Source: the human T2T-CHM13v2.0 reference genome, Homo sapiens. From it: a DNA stretch of 64,000 nucleotides. The notes beneath the pieces were generated by a model. It saw only the letters and a program-made list of their open reading frames with translations. It was not told where the DNA came from and made no database searches. The translations under genes and the position numbers were made by a program. Of this stretch, positions 53,874 to 64,000 are shown piece after piece (position 1 is the first letter of the stretch; each line of letters begins with the position of its first letter). The DNA lies in NCBI RefSeq assembly GCF_009914755.1, contig NC_060932.1. One strand, 5' to 3'.

Positions 53874-55749
53874 CAACTTGAGATTCTTTCTATGGAAATA
53901 TTTTAAATTCCAAACAACCAAATTTTAGAAGATCATTATGAATGAAACTAGATACTAAATTAGTACTTGGTGATTGCTTGCCTTAGGCTCTTTCTAACCA
54001 TATTGGCTGCTTTTCACCTTCACAAAATGTTAGAAGCTTACCATCTTAGAGTAATTATAACTGCTGATGATTGTTCTGGAGTAGGTGTATGTTACTTAAC
54101 AGGTTGTGGAGCTTGCCAGTTGATGCTATGTTGAGAGTGTGCTGACCTCACAAGAACTAAGATTTCATATATATCTCAGTCCAAACTAGAAGATAAAGAC
54201 AATGTTAAGCCCCAAGGCATCAGCACCACGGAAGATTACTACATTTGGCCTAACACAATGAGACGATGCCATGATGTTAGGTGACTGAATAGTTGGTAGC
54301 AACTATTACGTTGCTCATTTTAGGCAGCAACCTAAAAGTCCTGCCTGGTTGGGTGCCGGCTGGTGCCCATTTAGCCAGTCACATGGTCTGTCAACATGCA
54401 GCTTTCTAATGCCAGGTCTGCTGTTGGCAGCCATTGGAGGCAGTATAACCTAACAGTTAAGAGTGGGTCCTGCAGTTAGAACCTGGTTCTAATTTAGACT
54501 CCTCACTGTACCATAGTATTTTGGGAAAGCGACTTAAGTTCTGAAGAGGGCCCAGTGCCGGACACACACACTGTAAGTGCAACGAGGACGATGATGGCAG
54601 TGAGACGTCAGGGGTACAGCTTTGGCAGGTTGTCACTGCCTCAGAGCACGGTGCTTCTCACAAGTGGCACGCTGCTCACAGAGCACAGGCTGCTCATTTG
54701 AATTCTGTCTCAGGTTTTGAGCTGAGTGAGGTTGTGATAACGTTATGTTTGAGTTGGAAAGTGAATACAAGATACATGCTGACTTATACTTGATGCAATT
54801 CAGAATCTGTTATGTGAAAGTAACAGGTAGCAACAATCTGACCAACTCAGCAGACTGTAGGTACAATTTTTAAAAAAAGATTCACAACTGATACATCTTC
54901 GTGAGCAGCAGCAACAGTTTAGTCACTGTTTCCAAGAGAGAGCTGTGTGTAAAATGTTCACAGGTTATGTAGTACTGAGTGTGCAGTAAATGGTCATCAT
55001 GGTAGAAGAGATCCCGGCTCAGATCACCAGTCTTTTCAGTCACATGGATTCATTCATTTGTGGAAAGTCTTATAATCAGTATCTTTATTTGCGGACTGTC
55101 CCTTTTGTTTCCCAAAATAAGTGTAAGTCCTTAAGGTTAGGTGGATTATTTTTGCCTCTGTTTTTCTAGCTAGTTATACTTGGATGGTTGGTTAGGACAG
55201 ATGGGATCTGCTAGTTTTAATGGAAAGGGGATTCCTTACCTGAAGATTAATTGTGGCCTCTCCACTTACACAGTCATTAGAGTGTGGATTACTTTATTGT
55301 ATCATAGTTCTTTCTTTTATGTAACTGTCTACCTTATATAATGGGAATATTTCCTGATATTCTTTTCTTGGACACCTTTTTATCAGACAATTACAATTTT
55401 TAAAGAGTGAATTTTATTTGGAAAGGTAGGTTTGGGTAAGGAAAAAACACTGTTGGTTTGAAAGGTATCTGGTTTAGTAACAGTTCCATGTGAACTTATG
55501 AAATATTTTTAACCTTCCTGGAGATCTTGAAAAGTTTATCCTGCACTTTTTTTGGGGAGAGGCAGCCATCATCATTTTGGCTTGTTTAATTTTTCTGTAG
55601 GGCACATGTGTCTTGATGTAGGGTTGTTTTCTGCACCCAGTGCCAATCCTTAAGTTCTGGTGTTGTGCTCTGCAGAGTCATGAGGAGTGGAGGCTGTGCC
55701 TCCCTGCAGTGGTGTTTTCTGGAGGTATTATAGAACAAAATAGAGAAAA

Positions 55750-56000
55750 AACATGGACTTTAAAAGTAGTGGGACCTATAATCAAATACCAGCTCCTCCA
55801 CTCACTAGCTTTGTGATTTGGGAAGACTCACTTAATTGCTTTCAGTTTCCTCATTTACAAAATATAGGCAGATAATATTCAGGCATAGTTGTGAGGATTA
55901 TATGGGGGCAGGTGGTGTGTGGGTGGGTGAGAGGGTGTATGATGCAAAGCCCCTAGCGCAGTGCTCTTTCCACAGGGAGCACTTACTAAATGTTAATTAC
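55750..56000 (+). mobile_element. MIR
   Basis: 'actcactagctttgtgatttggg...cagtttcctcattt...gttgtgaggatta'. Confidence 0.65.
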
Positions 56001-56449
56001 TTTTTCTTCTACTTTAATACTAATTTTCTAAATGTGGTGGGTATATAATCTGGAAAATATAGTATATTCTTATTTTAGATGTTCTTTCTTGTTAGACTAG
56101 GTATCCCCCCTACTTTTTACTTTGGTGTAAATATAGTTATTGTATTCATATCACATGTTGTGTCTTATAGCTCTTGTTTTGGTTTTCTCTGACTGTCCTT
56201 TCCGACTTTACAGAACAACTGGAATCTATGTAGTCCCTTAAGTAAATAAAGCTTTTAATGCTAAGACTGTCAAGCAATAAGCCTGTGAGAAGGTGGAGAC
56301 TGTGATCTTGGTTGTAAACTTAAAAACGAAATCTCTTACACCAGTCTTTTCCCTGTTACAGCTTTCTAGTTGCTGGTGAATAAAATGCAAAAGTGACAAA
56401 GAATTTGCATATATTCTTAGGGACCAATAGCTTCGTTTTCATAGTGAAT

Positions 56450-56835
56450 CTTATTATCTTTTGCTGTGTAACAAACTACACTGAAACTTGGTGGCTTAAA
56501 AGAGAAGCCATCTATTTAGCACATACTTTTGTGGGTTGGCAGTTTGGATTGGTTTCAGCTGGACTCACCCCTGCATCTCTGGTCAGCTGGTGGCTGATAG
56601 TTAGCTGGGGCCATATGTTTGCATGTGAGAGAGAGTGAGCGAGAGAGCGCCACATATTCCAGCAGATTGGCCCAGGCTTGTTGACATGGTGGCAGAAAAG
56701 AAGGCCGCTCTGGTGCTCAAGCACTTTTCATATCTGTTTGCCTGAAGTTTGCTATTGTCTCTCTGGCCAAAGCAAGTTACATGGCCAGGCAGTGTAGAAG
56801 GGAATACTTCAGGGAGGCCCAACATATTTGGCCAC
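56450..56835. mobile_element. MLT1-like LTR
   Basis: 'ttgctgtgtaacaaactac...gtggcttaaaa...tggccaaagcaagttacatggcca'. Confidence 0.7.
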
Positions 56836-56894
56836 CACTGCGACCATCTTCTACAGAGAATGTACGTCACTCTCTCTTTCTCCTCCTCCTTCCT

Positions 56895-57040
56895 TTTTCT
56901 TATTGTGGTAAAATACACATCTTAACTATTTTTAAGTGTACAGTTCAGTGATACTAAATGCATATTCATAATGTTACGCATCCATCACCAGCATCCATCT
57001 CCATAACTCTTGTAAAACTGAAATTTTATACACATTTCAC
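56895..57040 (-). mobile_element. L1MA/MB 3' end fragment
   Basis: 'ttattgtggtaaaatacac...tttaagtgtacagttcagtg...catccatctcca'. Confidence 0.7.
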
Positions 57041-57939
57041 TTCCCCACATGTGCATATCTCTTAATTCTTCTGTAGAATGCCTTTGACCAGTGATTGGTC
57101 ATATAGCACCAGAATGAAAGGCCTGGGGAAGAACATGTTAAAATTCATCGCTTTCTCTTCCTCTTATTGGTCAAGGTAGGGTTATGGATAGGAAATGAGA
57201 GAAGAAAACAAAACAAAAACAGAAGACTACTTGTGCTTTCATTTTCCACTCTCCCCCCACCACCCAACTGAAAAACCAAATTCGTGATACTTCAGTAACT
57301 GGAACCATGAAACGCTCCCATTTTGTTTAGCCACATTATAAAATTAATGTTACATTTCTGTCTGTGAGTACAAGCTGATCCATGATCTTGTCCCACCCCT
57401 TTATGGAAGGACTGTCCCGCCAACAAACAGCCCTCCCATCCTGGGATCATGTTGGCAGCTGCTTTGGATTTTAATTGACTAAACTGGCCACCTTCCCTCT
57501 ATTGAGCCAGCTACCAAGCCTGGTCTGTTATTCTGCTGCATCTCTGAAACAGCTCATAAACTCCTACCTCTCCCTGAGCGAAGTCAGATATAACTTCACT
57601 CTGCCAAGTGAATCTTGATTTAACCATGCCTCAGTTCCTGGATCCACAATGTAAAACTTTCTCTTAATCTTTCAAGGCCCTCTGCTTGCACCCCCTCTTT
57701 CATCCAGTTCTTTTGTTCCTCTCCAGTGTTGCCCAGCTCCACTTGTGCCATTCTCTGACTTATGCCATCTTAGGGCTTTTTTCCCCTGATGCTTCCCCTG
57801 CCCCTTTAAAAAAACACTCCTGTTGTTAAACCTACTCATAGAAAAATTTCTCCCTTGTTTGAGTTTCCTCAGTACTCATGTCATATATTTTGTCTTACTC
57901 TTCCCAAGTTATTGGCTATAGAATTTATCGTTTTGTGTT

Positions 57940-59070
57940 TATTAATCCAAAAAAGTATTCATGTATATCTGTGGGCTGGGCACCATGATGAGTGTTGGGG
58001 ATGCAGGGGCGAACACAGTTACACCATGTGCCCAAGGCTGGTGGACAGTGGGCCAAATGACCACACAAACCTGTGTAAGTACAACTGTAATAATTGCTTG
58101 AAAAAAAGGAGCAGTGATGTCATGGAGTGGGTAACAGAGGCATTTAACTTAGTTCAGAAGATGTAGAAAGACTCACCTGAGGAAGGCAAGCTTGGGCTGG
58201 GGTCTTCTTGCCCAAAGGTTCTGCGGCTACACTGGGAGAGCTTGGTCTGTACCCCAAGAGCAATGGGAAGGAGTTACTCTGGTTGCACCATGTGCATAGA
58301 TTGGAAGGCCTGGAAGGGGAAGACCATTGCATAGTCCAGGTGAGAGGTGGTAGTGATTTGATCTAGTGTGGTGTGGTCCGGCTGTAAGCAGAAGTGGGTG
58401 GGTCTGAGAAAGATTTAGCAGGTAAAATAAAAAAGATTTGATGATGAGTTGGGTGTGGGAAACCACAGGGGCAGAATGTGTCCTAGGTGACACATGGATT
58501 ACTGCTTTGCCTAAATGGCTGATATTCATGGGGCCACCCCTAACCCATATGGTGCCTTTGCAACTTAACAAGAGGTACCCTTTCTCTTGAGCACATGGCT
58601 TGGCTGGTGGAATACTGGCTGGAATTTTACACTCACTTGCTTCCTCTAGTCCCTTGTGTAGTGAAGGGACTGTTCAATCACATGCCTTACTCCGGCAGCC
58701 CCTGGCCAGTCACCAACATGTAGGCTTTCTAGCTTTCTTTCTCACCTGGTTAGGATAGGAATCTCATCTGCATAGGAGCTCTGAATGTGATATAAAATCT
58801 GATCCAATTGAGAGGTGAGCTATAAAGGAATATATAGGAAGGAGAGAGTAAAGGGTAGTTGATGGTATAAGAGTCCTGAAAGGTAGATAAGTGTGGAGTC
58901 TAAAAGTGAGGGAATAGGTCTCGGCCTGGAAGAGCATAGTTGTCCTGGAAACAAGGAGGCAGGAGGAATGGATGGGTACAGATGTTAGTGAACTTGCGCG
59001 TTTGGCTTTAGGAACTCCCACAGTTAGCTATCAGAGGGGCTCCTATTTTCTCTGCAAAGTAGGAAATGAA
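57940..59070. mobile_element. L2 fragments
   Basis: Purine-rich L2-like text ('agcaatgggaag', 'tagtccaggtgagaggtgg', 'ctcctattttctctg'). Confidence 0.5.
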
Positions 59071-60552
59071 ATTACTTGTTTATGTCTTGCTTCTTTAACC
59101 AAAGTATAAATTCACTGAGGACAAAAAGGTATGAATGCATAAACATGCTTATTTGTTCTTTCACAGTACTCGTTTGATACTTAATGTTGGATTTCATTGA
59201 AAATTGGACTCATTGAAAAATCAGACTTGTTACTTAGGGTTAAATAAGACATTGCATCTAAAAAATGACTCACCCAGTTTGTAAAAATATTAAACACTGT
59301 AAATAGGTGCCATATTAAATTATTGCTAACTACTTCCTGAATGTTACCAGTTTAATTTATGATTAGATATCCATAAATAAATCTTATTGAGTAAAAATGG
59401 CAGAATTTGTGCTAACAGTTTGGTGCCTGGGCTTTAGAGAAATGCACACCACCTGTACTTTGAGATTTAAAAATAAAGTATAAAGATAATGGTGATGCAT
59501 GTAGAAGAGAAACAGGGAGAAAAGTGAACTACTTGGAATAATAGATTTTTATATCAACTCCTATGAATTGATTAACATTATATAATAGAATAAGTCACAT
59601 TTATACTGTGTTTTATTGCTTACCAGGCATTTTAATACATGCTGGCACAAATAATCCATATAGAAAAGGTGGCATTTTATAAAAGAAGAAACTTTGGATT
59701 TCCCCAAGCACATGCATATAGTAGATGGATGAAACATCCTTGATTCTAGGTCTTAGGACCTCAAAGGAAAGTCAAGAGCCTTTCACCCTGGGCATTCTAA
59801 AAGGATACATTTTTTTTTTTTAATGGTCCTGAGCTATGCAGTTCCAAAGGACATGGAGAATCTAATGGAAACACACAGACCCTTTTACACCGTGGTGATT
59901 ACATTCATTGGATCTGATTGCTGTTGAGTGATGTAGCAAGCTTGCTGATTCATATTTTTTTTGTGTGAAATTATTTAAAGTTTGAATTTGGGTTAGGTAG
60001 TTGAACGATTATGAATTGCTTAAGTTGATAATGTTCAGGAAGTAGTTAGGAATAATTTCATATGGCACATCTTGGTAGTATTTAGCATTTTTACACAGTT
60101 GATAAAATAGCGAGTTTTATGATACCGTGAAATATTTTTGTGCTTGACTAGAATTTTGCATATAGTTTAATAAAAATAATTTAAACAATATCCTGGAACA
60201 ATGTCTGAACAGTGTAGGTGATGAAAGAACAAGGGGTAATACTAGACTACTTGTTATATAATTACGTATTATGAAACTTCTTTTTAATAGAGGATTTTGC
60301 TCTAATTATTGAATACTCAGAAGTAGGAATTAGAGCTGTAGCATATAAAAAGACAAATTTGAGATTATCACATTTATCTTCAAATTATAAGGACAAAACT
60401 ATAGTAATTTATGATTTGGTGATTTAAGAAGTTTGAAACCCCTCAGTGGAAATATTTTGCTATTTAAAAAAGTTGACATGCTGGAAGTTAGTTTTCATAT
60501 ATGAAAAAAGGAAGTTATTTTAACATTGCTTAGTAATCTACAAAGATCTTTT

Positions 60553-60803
60553 TAAAATATATATATATTTATTATACTTTAAGTTCTAGGATACATGTGC
60601 ACAACGTGCAGGTTTGTTACATATGTATACATGTGCCATGTTGGTGTGCCGCACCCATTAACTCGTCATTTACATTAGGTATATCTCCTAATGCTATTCC
60701 TCCCTGCTCCCCCCACCCCACGACAGGCCCCGGTGTGTGATGTTCCCCTTCCTGTGTCCAAGTGTTCCCATTGTTCATTTCCCACCTATGAGTGAGAACA
60801 TGC
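60553..60803 (-). mobile_element. Young 5'-truncated L1PA (PA3-PA5-like) 3' end
   Basis: Near-consensus 'ttattatactttaagttctagg...cacctatgagtgagaacatgc'. 21-bp TSD AGTAATCTACAAAGATCTTTT at 60532-60552 and 60804-60824, with a TTTT/AA endonuclease site. Confidence 0.93.
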
Positions 60804-61362
60804 AGTAATCTACAAAGATCTTTTAAAATAACATATTAAGTTAACATAAAATGACACTATTAAGATTCTGTGTAGAAGCTCTGAATATGATATAAAATCT
60901 GATAAATATTAGTAAGAAACACCTTTTGATGCTGTCTGGTATGGTCTTGGAACTTGCTTATTCATGCATCCACAGAGGCTGAAATATGCAAATATTGACA
61001 AAACTAGATTTATTGATAGTGATTTCAATTACAGTAGTGTGATCCTCTACATCCAGCAGTCTCCCTTGACTGGCAGCTCTTCTGTGGAAAGGAATTTGCT
61101 TGCTTTCCCTGAGTGCTCTTCTGTGGTCCTGCTAGATTTGGAGATTGTCATTTACTGTCTGACCTAGTTCACACACGTGTTCCCTGTGAACCAACTTAGA
61201 TGTCTGTCTTAATGTAACTGATAGCTCATTTACTTACTAATGGATTGGATAAATAAAAAGTTTACAAGTTACCCTTGTATAAGAACCTACTTTGAGGGAT
61301 TTTAATAGTAACTGGGAAGAATTGATGACCAGAATTGGGTAACTATTAATAGATGACCAGCA

Positions 61363-61611
61363 CTTGTTTACTTTTAATTTATAGCATCAAGTCCAATCTG
61401 ACACATCCTATGTACATTTAAGTTTTTAAATAGAAATTTAAACTGTATTTGAGGGTAAAAGAAATCTTTAGTTATAATTTATTCATATCTCAAAAAAAGG
61501 GAAACTATTTGAGATGACTGAGATTTTAATTTGCTGGACTATATGGTAGCCATTTCACTATAAGTATATGGAAGCATCACGTTGTACCTTAAATACAATT
61601 TTCAAAACCCA
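61363..61611 (+). repeat. Dispersed direct repeat, copy 1 (~249 bp)
   Basis: Near-identical to 63299-63546 (7 substitutions and 1 indel by eye). The 3' part resembles an old L1M 3' end. Confidence 0.92.
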
Positions 61612-63298
61612 GTTTTATGGCAAAGCAGGATGCCAGGTACATGCAAGTTTGAATAAAATGCCGTGTATGTCTGTCAAAGCATTAAGACCTCAAGTGTTTA
61701 TTGTATGTGGCCAGTTAAAGTGTGGGTGAGGGTTCCTGGAGGAATTAGCTTTTGTGCAGGATTTAAAGAATCTACTATAACCAGAGAGAGCAGTGATAAA
61801 GGTCGAAGGGTGGTGCGTAAAGCAGCCAAGTTTTGTATTTAGGAACCAGGAAGAATTTGGTCTAGGAGAAATAGAGAAGACATGAAGATGCCCAAGGAGG
61901 GCTTTTTGAATGAATCTGGGATTATTTTTACACTGGGAATGGTGACAGCTGAGCTGTGCTTTAAGTATGAGGTATTCGAAATCACACCTGGCTTTCTCCC
62001 CAACCATTCTGCAAGTCACCCAGGAATACAATCGCCATTTCATCTCTGACTTTCTCTCCTGTTGCAATCCTCCGTATCCAGAATGTTGGCAAAGTCTGTA
62101 GATTTTATCTCCCCTCATTGCCTCTCACATCCTGCCTGCATTTCAGTGTCTACTGCCTTCTCTTCTGGACTCCTGCAGAGACTTCTCAGTCTCTCTGGTG
62201 CCTGCATCTTATCGGCTCACACTTCTGGACAACCAGCTTTGCATTTAACCCTTGAAAACAGATTGCTTCCCTTCACCTGGGATGCAGGCCTCCCCTACTG
62301 CCTGCCTACATTTCTAACTGTAGGATCTGCTCTTCTTTAAATATAGTCCACAACAGGCCTACCTGGATTATTCGTGATCCCTAAACACTCAGTCGTTTCC
62401 CTCTTCCATGCCTCTTGCTTTTGCTTCGCCCTATTTCAAGTACGATTTTGTCCACTCAAACTCAGCTTTGCCTGTCGAAATTCTGCTTGTTTTCAGGTTC
62501 TGTTTCAAATACTACCTCTTCTGTAAAGCCATTTCTGACTCTTTTCAACCGAATGCAACTTCCTTACCTTATATTGTCCTTTCATTCTAGTTATATGGGG
62601 GCACATGTCCCTATGTACATAGGCTGTGCAGCCAGTAAACACACAAGTGAGGTGCAGAGGTAAATAAGGCAGCATCTTACGATGGCCTAGTGGCTCGCCT
62701 GTCTCTGTGGAGACGTTGCTGGCCCTTCCTTTCCTGGGGTGACTCATTGCTCTGTTTCTCCTCTCTCTGACTGAGGCTCTTTCCTTTTGCGGAATTCCTA
62801 AGATTTTATTGCACTTCATTATCTACGTTCCTGTTTTCTTCTTTTACATTATAAGCTCTTTGAAGGCAGCCTAGGGCTATTTTAGTATTTTCCTATTAAA
62901 GGGTTAAGGTCTGATTTCTAAAATAGGTAGCTTCATTGTAATGTTACCTAAGCAATAACCCAGGTGCATTTGTGTAGCTTGTAATATTTTGATAACTTGA
63001 TAAAATGGTGGATTCCCTTAAAAAGGGAATCTTGTGTATGCTTGACTGGAACTCAGCTAAGTTAGAGGAAGGTGGAGATGATAAACAGTGTAAAAATCAC
63101 CAACGTTTATTCACTTTATTTTTGTATTCCTGTAGCAGCCAGCAAACAGCTTAGAATAGTAGGTTTACAGGTTTTGGTTGAATTGAAAATTAATAAAAAC
63201 TCTTAGGTAAAAGTTACTTGCAACTAAAGTATGCTGAATGAGTGTCATTGTTGCTTTCTTTTTTGCTTTTCTGACTAGATTGAGTTCATGAAGAATTT

Positions 63299-63546
63299 CT
63301 TGTTTACTTTTAATTTATAGCATCAAGTCCAATCTGACACATCCTATGTACATTTAAGTTTTTAAATAGAAATTTAAACTGTATTTGAGGGTAAAATAAA
63401 TCTTTAGTTATAATTTATTCATATCTCAAAAAAGGGAAACTATTTGAGATGATTGATATTTTAATTTGCTGGACTATATAGTAGCCATTTCACTATAACT
63501 ATATGGAAGCATCATGTTGTACTTTAAATACAATTTTCAAAACCCA
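63299..63546 (+). repeat. Dispersed direct repeat, copy 2 (~248 bp)
   Basis: See copy 1. Offset 1936 bp. Confidence 0.92.
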
Positions 63547-64000
63547 ATTTAATCTTCAATAGCAATGGTAATAGAAAATGCCATTTAAAGATAGCTATTC
63601 TCCTACAGAGTTTAAAATGTGTCTTATAGTAATAATTTGTATAAATTTATGTATACCTGATTTGTTAGTAATGGAGTATTTAAGATTAGAGATCATAAAT
63701 ATGGGTTGCTGGGAATACTTTTATTTTTTTAAATTTCAGATTTTTATTCCCTTAGTATTGCTTATAATACAAAAATCCACTCCATTTTGGGGGAGAGAAT
63801 TCTCCCAATGTCACTTTTTTTTTTTTACACCTTGTTTAGATGAAATGTTCTCTTCTGTTCACAACAGTGGGAGGAGGCAGTGGGGAAGAGGGTATTCAAG
63901 AAAGACATTTTAGATTTCAAAATACACGCTCTTAGTTGATCATAATTCTTGTGCAAACTTTGAAATGAAAACTTTTTTTTTTTTTTTTTGGTCATACTCA

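Overview
Human (primate) genomic DNA with no supportable protein-coding exon. The window is rich in Alu, L1, L2, MIR and LTR fragments and has two CpG islands. The larger island (~31.95-34.45 kb) contains a GC-rich, ATG-free first exon on the + strand, with an interrupted GCG repeat and a CCG|GTGAGC donor at 32825/32826. I recognise this from memory, not from a search, as the non-coding exon 1 of CHD7 (chr8q12). The rest of the window would then be the 5' part of its long intron 1. A second, gene-less CpG island ~26.5 kb upstream (5.35-7.8 kb) has full promoter anatomy and a strong minus-strand splice donor, suggesting a lncRNA or promoter-like enhancer. Most notable observations: (1) a CUG codon in strong Kozak context in frame with a poly-glycine tract in the 5'UTR repeat, as in FMR1/NOTCH2NLC; (2) the upstream orphan promoter, which shares a POU-type motif with the main promoter; (3) a chain of abutting palindromes at the core promoter; (4) near-abutting inverted Alus; (5) local dispersed duplications at 58.7-63.5 kb. 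Repeat family names and most boundaries are by-eye estimates.
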